Assembly (NCBI RefSeq): GCF_009914755.1
Contig: NC_060926.1
Direction: 5' to 3' (one strand)
Source of the DNA: the human T2T-CHM13v2.0 reference genome, Homo sapiens
DNA length: 64,000 nt
Shown here: piece by piece, positions 43,533-58,229 of the stretch
Numbering within the stretch: position 1 is the first letter of the stretch
How the letters are laid out: the number at the start of each line of letters is the position of its first letter
Position numbers and translations under genes: made by a program
The notes under the pieces: generated by a model
Database searches by the model: none
Told to the model about the DNA's origin: nothing
Seen by the model: only the letters and a program-made list of their open reading frames with translations

Positions 43533-43831
43533 GTTTTATTTGTTTGTTTTTGAGACGGAGTCTCGCTCTGTCGCCCAGGCTGGAGTGCAGTGGCAGGATC
43601 CAGCTCACTGCAAGCTCCGCCTCCCGGGTTCACGCCATTCTCCTGCCTCAGCCTCCCGAGTAGCTGAGACTACAGGCGCCCGCCACCGTGCCCGGCTAAT
43701 TTTTTGTATTTTTAGTATTAACGGGGTTTCACTGTGTTAGCCAGGATGGTTTCGATCTCCTGACCTCGTGATCTGCCCGCCTCAGCCTCCCAAAGTGCTG
43801 GAATTACAGGCGTGAGCCACTGAACCCGGCC
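43533..43831 (-). mobile_element. AluY with (TTTG)n tail and no TSD
   Basis: Near-consensus AluY. Confidence 0.96.
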
Positions 43832-44799
43832 CCAGCTGTGAAATTTTAAGTTTACTACTTCTCTAAACCTCCATTATTTAATCAGCAAGATATACTAGTA
43901 TGATCCCATCTTTCAGAGTATTGTATTGACTATAAGTAATATATGGGGAAGAGCTAGAACATAATAGTTTTTTAAATAAATGCTTTGCATGAAAATGTGT
44001 AGCTCTTAAACTGAGAAGCAGTTTTTAATTACATAATACTTAATGTCATTCAAATCTGTTATATAAGTGCTTTGGCTCAGTAGGTCTTATAAAATAGCTA
44101 AATGAAACATCATCATCTTTGCCCTTCTTTTTGATTTTCAATTATTTACCCTTTTCATTTTGGCTACCAGTGGCTAAGTTTTTATTAGCCTCTAAAATCA
44201 TCTGAGGAAACAACAAGAGGATTTGTTTGTACATACTTCAAAATGTAATCGAGATTCTGATAATCTGCTCTGCTGAGAATCCCAAGACAACATAAGAAAA
44301 AAGGTGATGAATAAGGCATTGTTTCCCTGTTTGATCACATTTTCAACAAAACAGTAAATTTCAACATTGCTTAGCAGCTTAAAATTTTTAACAGTTTATA
44401 TTTGTAATAGAAACAGGGAACTATTTCCAGAGACCTCTTTTTTCCTCGTTGAAACAAAGTCTGCATTTCTAGCCAGCTACATGGAAATCACATTTGGCCA
44501 GGCAGCAGTCAAGGAGGTATTAAATAATAAGCCTGGTTACAACAAAAGCTTTCAAGGGGTAGTCACTATCTGATTGCAATAGAATTGTTGATTTAGGAAT
44601 TCGAACAGATTTTGATGACCCTGTAGTCTAGCCACTTTTTCCATGGAGAAATTTCTCCTGTAACGTACCCAAAGAGTCCCAATGAAGGAACCAATTAACT
44701 TCCTTCCAGGCAACCCATTCTATCTTGTTATGGCTTTGCAGCTCAGGTGAAGCTCAGGAAAACCAGTCACTAAAAATTTTATAACAATAGAGTGACTTC

Positions 44800-45400
44800 A
44801 CAAAATCTAGATATGCAGCTACTTAAAGACACAAGTGTAAGAAGTGGATTTCTAGAACTGTACTGTGTCTCAGTTAAGGTGCCTATTGCTGAAGCCTATG
44901 TTAGCGGTGATTCTACCACAACTACATAGTGAATCCTCTGAAGATGCTCATTCTTAGCAGACAAGCATGCCAAGTGCTGAGAATGACTAGGATTTCCATT
45001 GGCTTTAGGGGCTCCAAGAGATGGTTCAGCCTGCTATTTGAGCCTGGATTTCAATGGAAAAGAGAGATTCCTGCTCTTCTTTCTTTTACTTTGTCTAGCT
45101 TAGCCAATACCTAATTACCCAGTTGGGACATGAAGTTTGTGGAGCCCAGTCCTACACCAAGAGGTATGTGAGAGGTGAAGCAAGGCAGACCTCTCCCTAG
45201 GTCTCCAATTCTGTAAAGGGAAGAACCATTTAGGTGTCGTCTTCATCCCCAACAAAGAAAAAACTGGAAAATGTACCATGACACAGATTTTCCTGCCTGT
45301 TGGCTTAAGAATTGGAAGATTGGTGACTTTGTTATTGTCTAGTGTGCATCCAACATACATATGAGGATGTATAGCCACGTTATTGGTTGGTTGAGCCTAA
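44800..45400 (-). pseudogene. Two decayed Ig segments: TTPKWFF...GLHKLHVP and RRAG/ESLFSIEIQAQIAG*TISWS
   Basis: ORF 45115..45378, plus a titin A-band-like VRAG.S..IEA.I.G.P.PTI.W motif at about 45010-45085. Confidence 0.55.
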
Positions 45401-45886
45401 GGAGTTGATGAAAATGAAGAGTGGAATAATTCCTAGCACCAAACATATTTCTATTAAGTTGAGTAAACAATGTCTGCAGGAAGCTCTGCATAACTCTGTA
45501 AGTAGATTTTCTATTTTTTTCATTGCTATTATTATATGGATGGTTTCATATGAGTCATTTTCACACAGCTGGATTCCAGATTGTCAGGGGCGAAGAATCT
45601 GCCTTATAAATCTTTCTGACCAAAATATGATCTAGTTACAATATGTAGCATATAGTAGCTATCCAATAAGTTTATAATTTTTTAATTGAATGAAATCACA
45701 TTTTTCTTTAAAATCTACCTTGAAATACACCTTGGTATTGCTCTTTTTTATTACTTCTCATCTATTCTTTTAACATTTTTCTTGTATGTTTCACCATAAT
45801 AATTTGAATTTACTTTAGTGTTCTTTTGCATATCTGAAGGTTCTTGCCTATCAGATCTTGTCATCTTAAATTATCATAAAGAACAT

Positions 45887-46216
<330 letters not shown>

Positions 46217-47910
46217 TTAAAGACAGGGAATATATCTTCTTTTTCTTTTTATAACCCATTAGTTTAGGTAAGACCCTTCTCTTAAAAGATGATAAAGTTT
46301 GCAGAGTATAAAACTGATTGGCAAACCCCCTTCCCTCATTTCAACTCTACACTTCCAGTACTGCATCCCTGTTCTTACACAGTTCTACCTGCCATGGTTC
46401 ACTGTTCTAATATGCGCTGAATTCCAGCTGGGCTAACCTGAAACTTTCCCCTTGGATTTTTGGTTTTACTACTAGAGAGAGTTTTTGTTCAATACAAAAC
46501 CTGGGACATGTAAACATAAACGTTCCATGTGACCAAGTTTCCAGCCACAACAATGACGTGGTCTGAAAGAATTAAGCCAAAACACAAAAAGTCAGATAAC
46601 GAAATGCTAACAAAGAGTATCTTGAGAGCATTCACATCCTTAGCTGCCATCTTCACACAGGTCCAGCTAAGTCCCTGACATTCCTGTGATTAGTTTATTT
46701 CATTCATTGAATAAATAGTCAGTGAGCACCTACTATATGCAAGGCACTTTGCTAAGCATTGGAGATTTAACGGTGATCAAGACAAATATGATCCTTACCC
46801 TCACAGGGTTTGTGAGCCATTAAATCTGCTTCCTCCCACCAATGTCACCACTTTTTTGCTGAAATTAGTTTGAATGGAACCCAAAAAAATTCTAACTTAT
46901 GCTTCATTATGAGATAAACTTCTGTGGACTAACTTGTGAAATTAATCATCTTAATTTTTATGACAAAATCTACTTTCTAAACAACTAGGTTATCAAAAAT
47001 TTTGGATCCTGATTTATGCCCAAATTGCTTAAAATTCTCCTAGAGAAAACTAGAACATCAATTTCTGACTTGCTCAAGGCCTAAGCAATCTCAAATTTTG
47101 CTTTTACTAATTCTCAAGAAAATCCTATGTTTATGTATAATGTGATACAACACATAGTTTTGCTTCAAGCAATTCTATTTTATTTCCCTACACAAACTAT
47201 TCAGGAAGCTAATATAGAATTTAATTCTTTTTCCAACCTGGGCTCTTTTAAAACAAAACATAAAAGCTCTATGCCTGTAGGTGATATTAGATCACATCTC
47301 CAAGGCCCTCCTACATTGGAAGATGATAATAATAATGACGTCTGTTTTTACCATATAATAATGTTAGGCAAGGAAAACTGGTTCATCTTTTACAATGTAA
47401 CCTTTCCAAAGTCAGATATGAGGAAGTAATTCCCTTGCTTACTATTTCATTAGAATCCCATTGCCTACAAGATAAAGTTTCAACCCTTTACAATGGCATA
47501 ATGTCATTTTGCCTAGCCATTGCCTTCATTTTTAGCCTCTTCTCAATTATTCACCCATCTTCACTCATTCTTTACACATCGCTTGTCAACTTTACATTGG
47601 CCACACTGAGCCTATCAGTTTCCACAAACTCACAGTAGTAACTCACATACAAGCAAATTGACAACTGTTTTTTCTGCTTGCAATAACATCCCTCCATTCT
47701 TGAAGGTCTGGAGTACTGTAATTCAAATATCCCTCCTTCTGTGAAATCTTCCATAAGCCGTCTTACTGGTATACCAAGAAAAATTCATTCATCTTGTTTA
47801 ACCATTATCAGACTTTGGTCATAATTATCATGGAACTTATTCCATTATATTAGATCTTGTCTACTGTATTAGGCTGGGCATCCTTGAGGGGAAGAACTGT
47901 GTTTTGTTTT

Positions 47911-50900
47911 GCTGAGGCATGGTCAGACTGCTTCTTTAAGCAGGACCCCAGTTCACTCCTTCTCATGGGGTGAGTTTTCCCAGCCAGGGCTTCTGGCCAC
48001 CCCCACCCATATTCTGCAACAGAGTTTTAATTTCTTCCTGGGATGGAGTACCTGGAGGTAGGATGGGACAGGCTGCCACCTTGGCTGTTTGGGCATCTCA
48101 GCTGGTCCAGCCTGTGGGCCTTGGAGAGCCCAAACTGATTGGGAACTGAAGGGATCACAACACAGCAGAACTGCTCTACCAAAAAGCAGCCACACTTCTT
48201 CTTTAAGCGAGTCCCTGATCCCATTCCTCCTGACCGGATACGACCTCCTAAATAGGGTCTCTAGCCACCTCCTAGAGACACATTCGGAATGACAGGTCAC
48301 TACTCCCCTGAGATGGAGCTTCCAAAGGAAGGGGCAGGTTGCCATCTTTGCTGTTTTGCAGTCTTCACTGGTGATACCTCCAGGTACTGGAAAAACTGAA
48401 GTGACTAAGGTCTAGAGTGGACCCCCGGCAAACCACAGCAGCCCTATGGAAAACTGGCCAGACTGTTAAAGAAAAATAAACTAACAGAAAACACAACAAC
48501 AAAATCATGAAAACCCCATCCAAAGGTCAGCAACCTTAACGATCAAAGGTAGATAAGCCCACAAAGATGAGAAAGAATCAATGCAGAAATGCTGAAGACT
48601 CAAAAAGCCAAAGTGCCCCTTTTCCTCCAAATGCCTGCAACACCTCTCTAGCAAGGGCTCCGAACTGGGCTGAGACTGAGATGGCAGAAATGACCAAAAT
48701 AAGCTTCAGAACGTGAATAAAAATGAACTTCACTGAGCTAAAGAAGCATGTTGTAACCTAATGCAAAGAAGCTAAGAATAAAAATAAAACAATACAGAAG
48801 CTAACAGCCAAAATAGCTATTATATAGAGGAACATAACCAACCTGACAGAGCAGAAAAACACACTACAAGAACTTCTCAATGCAATCACAAGGATTAATA
48901 GCAGAATAGACCAAGTAGAAGAAAGAACCTCAGAGCTTGAAGACTATCTTTCTGAAGTAAGACAGGCAGACAAGAATAGAGAAAAGAAGAATGAAAAGGA
49001 ATGAACAAAACCTCTGAGAAATATGGGCTTATGTAAAGAGATCAAATCTATGACTGACTAGGGTACCTGAAAGAAATGGGGAGAATGAAACCAATTAGGA
49101 AAACATACTTCAGGACATCATCCAGAAGAACTTCCCCAACCTAGCAAGACAGGCCAACATTCAAATTCAGGAAATGCAGAGAACCCCAGTAAGATATTTC
49201 ATGAGAAAAATCATCACCAAAACATAATCACCAGATGATTCTCCAAGGTCAACATGAAAGAAAAAATGTTAAGATCAGCCAGAAGGAAAGGTCAGGTCAT
49301 GGACAAATGTAAGTCTATCAGACTAACAGTAGAAACTCTACAAGCCAGAAGAGATTGGGGGCCAATATTCAACATTCTTAAAGAAAAGAATTTCCAACCC
49401 AGAATTTCATAACCTGCCAAACTAAGCTTCATAAGTAAAAGAGAAATTCAGACATGCAAATGCTGAGGGAATTCGTAACCACCAAACCTGCCTTACAAGA
49501 GCTCCTGAAGAAGCTCTAAATATTGAAAGGAAAAGCTATTACCAGCCACTACAAAAACACACCAAAGAACAAAGCGACACTATGAAACAAACACATAAAT
49601 AAGTCTGCAAAATAACCAGCTAACATCATGATGACAGGATCAAATCCACATATAACAATACTAACCTTAAATATAAATGGGCTAAATGTCCCAATTAAAA
49701 GTCACAGAATGGCAAGATGGATAAAGAACCAAGACATATAGGTATGCTGTCTTCAAGACACCCATCTCACATGCAAAGACACACGTAAGCTCAAAATAAA
49801 GGGATAGAGGAAATTTACCAAGCAAATGGAAAACAGAAAAAATTATTGGTTGCAATCTTAGTTTCTGACAAAACAGACTTTAAAACCAAGAAAGATCAAA
49901 AAAGACAAAGACGAGCATTACATAATGGTAAAGGATTCAATTCAACAAGAAGAGATAACTATCCTAAATATATATGCACCCAATAGAGGAGCACCCAGAT
50001 TCATAAAGCAAGTTCTTAGAGCCCTACAGAAAGACTTAGACTCCCACACGATAATAGTGGGAGACTTTCACACTCCACTGACAATATTAGACAGACCATT
50101 GAGACAGAAAATTAACAAAGATACTCAGGTCCAGAACTCAGCTCTGGATCAAGTGGATCTGACAGATATCTACAGAACTTTCCACCTCAAAACAACAAAA
50201 TATACAGTTTTCTCATCGTCACATGGCACTTACTCTAAAATTGATCACATAATCAGAAGACACTCCTCAGCAAATGCAAAAGAACTGAAATCACAACAGT
50301 TTCTTGGACCACAGTACAATAAAATTAGAACTCAAGATAAGGAAACTAACTCAAAACCATACAACTACATGGAAATTGAACAATGTGTTCCTGAATGACT
50401 TTTGAGTAAATAATGAAATTAAGGCAGAAATCAAAAAGTTGTTTGAAACTAATGAGAACAAAGACACAATATACCGGAATCTCTGGGATGCTGCTAAAGC
50501 AGTGTTAAGAGGAAAATTAATAGCACTAACTGTTCAGATCAAAAAGCTAGAAAGATATCAAGTTAACAACCTAACATCACACTGAAGGAACTAGAGATCC
50601 AAGAGCAAACGAACCCCAAAGCTAGCAGAAGACAAGAAACATCAAGATCAGAGCTGAACTGAAGGAGATAAAGACAAGACAATCCCTTTAAAAAAATCCA
50701 GGAGCTGATTTTTTGAAAAAATTAATAAAATAGATAGACTGCTTGCTAGACAGTAAAGAAGAAAAAAGAGAAGATTCAAATAAACACAATCAGAAATGAT
50801 AACACGGATATCACCACTGACCCCATAGAAATATAAACAACAATCTGAGAATACTGTAAACACCTCTATGCACATAAACTAGAAAATCTAGAAGAAATGG

Positions 50901-52148
50901 ATGAATTCCTGGACACATACTCCTCCCAAGACTGAATCAGGAAGGAATTGATTCCCTGAATAGACCAATAATGAGTTCTGAAATTGAGGCAGTAATAAAT
51001 AGCCTACAAACGAAAATAAGCCCAGGAACAGATGGATTCACAGCTGGATTCTACCAGAGGTACAAAAAAAGAGCTGGAATGATTCCTATTGAAACTATAC
51101 CAAAAAATTGGGAAGAGGGACTCCTCCCTAATCATTCTATAAAACCAGCATCATCCTGATACCAAAACCTGGCAGAGACACAACAGAAAAAGAAAACTTC
51201 AGGCCAATATCCTTGATGAACATTGATGCAAATATCCTTAACGAATAGGAAGAGAGAAAGTCAAACTATTTTTGTTTGTAGATGGCATAATCCTATGTCT
51301 GGAAAACCCCACCATCTCATCCCAAAAGCTTCTTAAGCTGATAAACAACTTCAGCAAAGTCTCAGATACCAAATCAATGTGCAAAAATCACTAGTATTCC
51401 TACACACCAACAACAGGCAAGCCAAGAGCCAAGTCACAAATGAACTTCCATTCACAATTGCTACAAAAAGAATAAAATGCCTAGGAATACAGCCAACAAG
51501 AGAAGTGAAGGACCTCTTCAAAGAGAGCTACAAACCACTGCTCAAAGAAATCAGAGAGGACACAAACAAATGGAAAAACATTCCATGCTCATGGATAGGA
51601 AGAATCAATATCATAAAAATGGCCATACTGCCCAAAGCAATTTATAGATTCAGTGCTATTCCCGTTATCTACCATTTACATTCTTCACAGAATTAGAAAA
51701 AACTATTTTAAAATTCATACGGAACCAAGGAAGAGTCCAAATAGCCAAGGCAATCCTAAGCAAAAAGAACAAAGATGGAGGCATCCCACTATCCAACTTC
51801 AAACTATACTACAGGGCTACAGTAATCAAAAAAGTATGGTACTGGTATGAGAACAAACATGTAAACCAATGGAACAGAACAGAGAACCCAGAAGTAAGAA
51901 TACACACCTACAACCACCTGATCTTCGACAAACATGACAAAAACAGGCAATGGGGAAAGGGCTTCCAGTTCAATAAAGTGCTGGGAGAACTGGCCAGCCA
52001 CATGCAGAAAATTGAAACTGGACCCTTTCTTTACACCATATACAAAAATCAACTCAAGACGGATTGAGTACACATTCAGTACTGCACATGTATCCCTGAA
52101 CTTAAAAGTTAGAAAGAATAAATAAATAAAAAATAAAAGTTAAAAAAA
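47911..52148 (+). mobile_element. Old primate L1 (L1PA-type): partial 5'UTR, decayed ORF1, ORF2 with two large internal deletions, poly(A); inserted in an L2
   Basis: ORFs 49925..50398 (EN) and 51379..51696; jumps near 51245 and 52065; TSD agaactgtgtt/agaactatgct. Confidence 0.95.
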
Positions 52149-52934
52149 GAACTATGCTTCATTAATCTTTGAATTACCATCGTCTAACCCAGTGTCATGA
52201 ATATTGATACCCACTAAAGAGAAGGAAAAAAAACAAGGGAATTTTTGATGTGATTCCAGATAAGACACTAGCTGGCTGGCTTAAGCTATTCTGGATGAGA
52301 GTAGGAGGCAAACTAAAGTTTAACCAATTAAGATGCAGTGTAGATTTGAAGTGTGACAAACTATCACCACAGGCCCAGATAGAAATAGAGTCATCATTCT
52401 GTTTGACCTACAACCATAACCATGAGATCTGGAAGGAAGTGCCACGATTCTCAAAGATGTAGCATCTTATAAGAGTTGAAAATATATACTCTACATTCAG
52501 ATAGTTCAAGTCAATCCTTGGGGCTTCAGAAGAGCCCCACGATCTTGCATAAGTTATTTAACACTCTGTGACTCTCTACGACTATTAATAATGGAAGTAA
52601 TATGAGAATCTACCATACAATGTTTGGTGAAGACTAATGAAATAATATATGTACATTGTTTAACATATTGCTTGACACTTGGCAAGTGCTTAAATGTTAA
52701 CTGTAATCATCATTATTATTATCATCAGCATTATCGTACTCCTCACATGAGACAGTCCCTCACTTTATAAATGAATAAATTAAGTTTTAGAGCAACTTTT
52801 CTCAGCACTAGTGCTAGAATATTGCTATCACTTAGAACATGCAATAAGTAATTTATTTCTAATGTCAACTATTAGATTAGTGGTATCTAATATTTACAAA
52901 ATGTAAAATAATTTATTTTAGGCAAACAATATTT

Positions 52935-53752
52935 TCTTTTTAAACTTTAGATTCAGGGGGTACATATGCTTGTTTATTACATGGGCATATTGCATACTGC
53001 TGAGGCCTGGGCTTCTGAGTGTACCTGTTACCCAAATAGTGAGCTTTGTAACCAACAGGAAATTTTTCAACCCTCACCCCCACCTCCTTTTGGAGTCCCT
53101 AGTATCTATTTTTCCATCTTTATGTTCATGTGTCCCCATTGTTTAGTTCTCACTTATAGGTGAGAACATGTGGTATTTGGTTTTCTGTTTCTGAGTTAAT
53201 TCAATTGGGATAATGGCCTCCAGCTCCATCCATGTTACTGCAAAGGGCATGGTTTCATTCCTTTTAATGACTACATAGTATTCCACGGTGTGTATGTACC
53301 ACAGTCTTTATCCAGTCAACCAATGATGGACGCTTAACGTTGGTTTCATGTATTTGCTATTGTGAATAGTGCTCCAATGAACATACAAGTAGAGGTGCCT
53401 TTTTGATATAATGATTCTTTTTCTTTTAAGTAAATACCAAGTAGTGGGATTGCTAGGTCAAGTGGTAAACCAATGTTTAGTTCTTTGATAAATCTCCATA
53501 CTGTTTTGCATAGAAGTTGAACTAATTTAAATTCCCATCAACAGTGTATAAGCATTCCCTTTTCTCTGTATCCATGCCAAACTCTGTTGTTTTTTGACTT
53601 TTTTATAATAGACATTCTGACTGGTATAAGATGATATCACATTATGGTTTTAATTTCCATTTCTCTGTTCATTAGTAATGTTGAGCATGTTTTCGCACTT
53701 ATTTCTTCTTTTGAGAAATGTCTGCTCATGTCTTTGCCCAGCTTTTAACTGG
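52935..53752 (-). mobile_element. L1PB/L1MA 3' end
   Basis: Reverse L1 3'UTR (ttagattcagggggtacat...gtgagaacatgtggtatttgg); TSD caaacaatattttc/caaacattttc. Confidence 0.9.
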
Positions 53753-54729
53753 AATGACAAACATTTTCAAATGGTTCAACTTAATACTAGTTTCCAGATA
53801 ATTAACTTTAAAATACAAATTAAACTACATTTAGGATTAAACCTATGATAATATCATTCTTTCATTCTCGGATTTATTATGATAAAATAAAAATAAATTT
53901 AGGCTCTACCCTGGGGCCCAACAGTATGTGTAAAGCACCTCAGGTGATTTCAGTGTGGAAATATCTTATACTTCCTTATATTTAAGAGAGCCACTGCTTT
54001 CTGCTTTCTCACGTGGAAAAGAAGTGAAGACAGTCAAATGGCATCTGAGGTGCCACGACTGGTTTAGCTCAGTGATTTGCAATCGTCATGTGGGGAGGAT
54101 GTCAACACACAAATTCCAGCCCCCAACCCAGACCATGTAAATCATATTGATAGTGAAGTATTAAGTTTGTCAACTAGCTCACTTCTAAGGCAAAAACATT
54201 TTTTCTTTTTGCCACTGTTGGCAAAATGAGGTACTATTAGGCTGACATTACTAAATAAATGTATTTCATGGTTTCTGTACATTTAAAACGTGTTTTTCCA
54301 CATATCTTCAAATCTGTCAAAAGCAATTGGATGGACCATGTTTAAAATAGTTACAAAGGTAACCTTGCAACTACTTAGGATGAATAATTTTATCTTCTAT
54401 GTACAAATAAGAGTTCATTATTAAGCGGGCTATATAAATTCATTACCTATTCCATAAGTGTCTGATAACAATTAGCTCTGTGGTGAGGCTGAAGAAATAT
54501 ATCCCTATCATATTTATAGGATTATTAATACGGCTATTGTCCTTTAAAAATCTAATTTGCCCACAATGCATTTCAAACATCTAGTTAAACAAAATTATTT
54601 TTTCTGAATCCTGGATAAAATTCTTATCTTTCACAATTACACAGCAGTTTCAAAATGTGGTGTTTATTCAGTTGTTTATTGCTTTAAACAGGAGTTCATT
54701 AAGAAAAATGTGTACATAAATGTATTTTT

Positions 54730-54943
54730 AAAGTTCTCTAGAGGTCAGACTGTAGCATAATCAATGCTTACACCTCTTGAGAGCTAACTAAGCCTTTATG
54801 AACTTATCAAATGGGTGCTGGTTTCAGATATTGACAACTGTGCAAACCATCATGAAGATTAGGATTTGCTAACAGGCAGTTTTTCATTTACTTGTCGTAA
54901 GACAACACTTTTCTCCATGCTTTTTATAGTAATAAAATGTCTC
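54730..54943 (-). pseudogene. Decayed Ig exon: KHGE/SVVL../ANPNL/*WFAQ
   Basis: acattag| acceptor; GESVVL...ANP...WF motifs over frameshifts. Confidence 0.45.
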
Positions 54944-54974
54944 CTAATGTAAGGTCAGAGGAAGGAGAAGATTT

Positions 54975-55259
54975 GGGACTGGTGAGGAAGGCAGTAGATT
55001 CTGGACGATGGTATTTTTAGATGGCAGCAACTAATTTTCTCCATTGTTCTCATCCCACACTCTGATTCAGTCGGAATATTGCTATTAGTCTTGTTATTGA
55101 TCCAATTGGCATTCTATTTCAACTTTGGAATGAAGAAAATGGACATAAATTATTTGTCTTTTAACCTAAATGATACTTGGTAACTACTGGAGTGGGACAC
55201 TTATTTTCAAGAATCTTTAAACTCCATGATTTTAGTCATTCAGCCAAAGTTTGTAGGTA
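54975..55259 (-). pseudogene. Decayed Ig exon: CPTPVVTKYHLG*/SKVEIE/GSITRLI/VWDENNGE/KN/ESTAFLT
   Basis: ttatcttctag| acceptor; nearly all I-set strands recognisable in the correct order. Confidence 0.7.
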
Positions 55260-55724
55260 CTAGAAGATAATCTATGGCTATTTATGTACTTATTTATTTA
55301 TTTTGCATGGAAAGAAATGAATACCAAAGTCGTTCTCCATATATTTCTGTTGGTCAAGTAAGCATATTCTATTTTATTCATATTAAAATGTGACTTGTTT
55401 CATACATTTCCTTGGCTTGAAAGTTAGGAATCAAAAAGCACAAGATCAGAAAACATTAGAGGTACAGGAATTGGAATTGAAATGATTGCTATCAGGCAGT
55501 CCAGAAATAAAGCAAATAATGTCTTGGATTTTAAAATCTAATTCAACTTTTACTCACTGCTTCATGATTAAAATGTTCCTTTGAAACTAAAATTTACTTC
55601 TCCATATTTGCAAGGTACTTAATGGTTAGGGTTTTATTTTCAGTCTGCCAAATTATACATGTTCATGACACTGACAACCCTCTAAATAGTGACACTTTTA
55701 TTAATGAAGTTCAATTTTCTCTTA

Positions 55725-56510
55725 AGAACTAAAAGTAGATGCAAGGATTAACCAGAAAGGAGACAAGAAGCACCAGAAGGAAGGAAGGAGAGGGTTCGAG
55801 GCAGTTCACCCAGCCAGGGACTAAGAGCCAGGAAAGCCTGGATGCAGAAAAACGTAAAGAGAGAAACCCCCAGGGCTCCAAAACAGGCTTTTATAATCTT
55901 GGCTATGGGAAAGACCCACTAGAGCCTCGGGCAAGACATATGGAGCTGCCTAAAGATTGGACAGAGATGTTGCTCCAGAAAGAGAACCCATGCAGATTCC
56001 CACAGGCATACAAGCCTGCAGTAGCCTTAGCCAGGCACCATTTGAGAGCCTAGACACTAGGGATCTACAGACACAGGTGCTGCTGTGTTACTCCAAGGAG
56101 GGAGAGGGGAGAGGAAGAGGGGAAACTGGGCATTCCCACATACCCCTGGGATGGTGCCAACTACCCTGCTGTGGGAACTAGAAAAACAAGAACAAACCAA
56201 ACCCAATGTTAGCAGAAGAAAAGAAATAACAAAGATCACAGCAGAACTGAATGAAATTTAGACTGAAAAACAATACAAAGAATCAATGAAACAAAAAGTT
56301 GATTCTTCAAAAATATAAATATTGACAAACCACTAGCTAGACTAACCAAGAAGAGAGAAGATAGAAACACAATCAGAAATAAAAAAGGAGATATTAAAAC
56401 TGATGCCACAGAAATACAAAAGATCATCAGAGACAATTATGAACAACTGCACACTCACAAACTAGAAAACCTAGAGGAAATGGATAAATTCTTGGAAACA
56501 TACAACCATC
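55725..56510 (+). mobile_element. L1 5'UTR-like segment fused to an ORF2 fragment
   Basis: gaactagaaaaacaagaacaaaccaaaccc...aaactagaaaacctagaggaaatggataaattcttggaaacatacaacc from about 56175. Confidence 0.8.
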
Positions 56511-56799
56511 ATTTTTAATTGCTTTCAGCAGGAGTTTTATTTAGGGTAACTGGTCCTCAATGCTTGCCAGCAACAGAAAAGCAAGTCATAAAAATCATTA
56601 AATATTTGTAAAACAGGATCTAAAGAAGTAAACTGGGAAAAGTAGATATTTTATAATAATAATTGTCTTTTTTACATAAAAAGATGATCCACAATTAGTA
56701 GAGCTTGTTTAGTTAGAAATATTTGTACATCTCTATCCTAATTGTATGCCATGTTTCCCAGGTGGCCACTGGCACATAATCCTGAGTTAGAAACAGAAA

Positions 56800-57090
56800 A
56801 TTATTATCCAGGCCTTGAAAGAGAGCCCAGGTAATTGGCCCCATCTGAACACTGAAGCCATAGCCTTGGCTTTCTCAGCAGCATGTGTTGACCAACTAAG
56901 CCAATCAGCCAAATTGAGCACCACTGGCAGGTTATTTCCACTGAAGAAAAAGGGCTAATTTTTATCCCTAACTTCAACCAAAACAAAGTTACATGCACCA
57001 AAGATGCATATGCACAATGCTCACTGATAAATGTAGGTGAAAGGACTGAATTAGAAAAATTTATTTTCCTCATCAGCATAATAAATTACT
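56800..57090 (-). pseudogene. Ig exon: SPTFISEH...HVTLFWLKLGIKISPFSSVEI...SDGANY
   Basis: ORF 56804..57079 (91 aa) with the V...WLK.G.KI motif. Confidence 0.6.
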
Positions 57091-57259
57091 CAGACAAGGC
57101 TCACTATTGAATGCCAAAACCACTGGGTGAAAGGTTTGGAAGTAACAAGATATTTACATGATATTCATATCATCCTACAGAGTACATATAAAATGCAAAG
57201 AGAAAATTCCACTTTAAAATTCAGTGATTTTTACATTTAAAACCTTAATCAGGTATGCA

Positions 57260-57890
57260 AACTTAGCATCACCAATAGTGGGACAACCTGATATCAGCTG
57301 TCTCAGTGTGATACACTAAGGAATATCAATATCATCTATGTGGTATCTTGCCAAAAATGTTGCTTGATTCTAATCATGAGAAAACAATTTAAAATTTTCA
57401 AATTGTAGGACATTCTACACAACAATGGGTCTGTGCTCTTCAAAAAAAAGAGTCATCATTGAAAACAAACAAGAAAAAACCACCAGAGTATTCTGTGTTA
57501 GAGAGACTGGAATGACATAACCAAATATAATTCAAGAACTTTGATCTTAGATTTTTAAAAATAGCAATAAAAGACACACATAGACATAGTACATTAAATC
57601 ATGTTATTGAATTAACATTATATTTTAGGTGTAAGAATGACATTGTAGTTATGTAGGATAATATCTTTATTGTTAGAATTTGTAAGCAGAAATAGTTAAA
57701 GGTAAAGTGCCATGATGTTTGCAACTCAGAATAAAGATTGGGGAGGGCAGGATGGGAGAGAGGGAGGAAAAAAGAGAGGGAGGGAGGGAAGGAGGAAGGG
57801 AGAAGGAAAACGTGGTGAAAAAACAATTGAATGAAGGATATATTAATGTCCATTTTCTTTAGTCTTAAAATTTTTCAAAATAAAACATTT
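57260..57890 (+). mobile_element. L1MC/ME 3' fragment with a GGGA/GGAA purine tract (about 57741-57810)
   Basis: agcatcaccaatagtgggacaacc...ggacattctacacaacaa...atttttcaaaataaaa. Confidence 0.7.
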
Positions 57891-58229
57891 AAGGTTGGGG
57901 GTATAATGTAGCCTATTCTCATCTCTTGCCTCACTGAAACAAGAAATCGAATCCTGAAATTTAGTCTAAGAGATTTAGACTGGCCACCTTTCATAATAAA
58001 GGCTGATAAATATGAACAAATATCTCAATAAATTGTTGCATCTCCTTGTGGAGATACCTTAAAATTTAGTATGTGATTGTCCAGAATGACTCAACATCAC
58101 AATCATTCAAGGTGAATTGCTGAAAGCTAACATCTGAATGTTTTCCTCTGCTGAGGAATTCCTGATCATTAATTCACTTCAAGGATACTTGTTATCTTAT
58201 TATTGAGGATTCAAAAGAATAATGCAACA

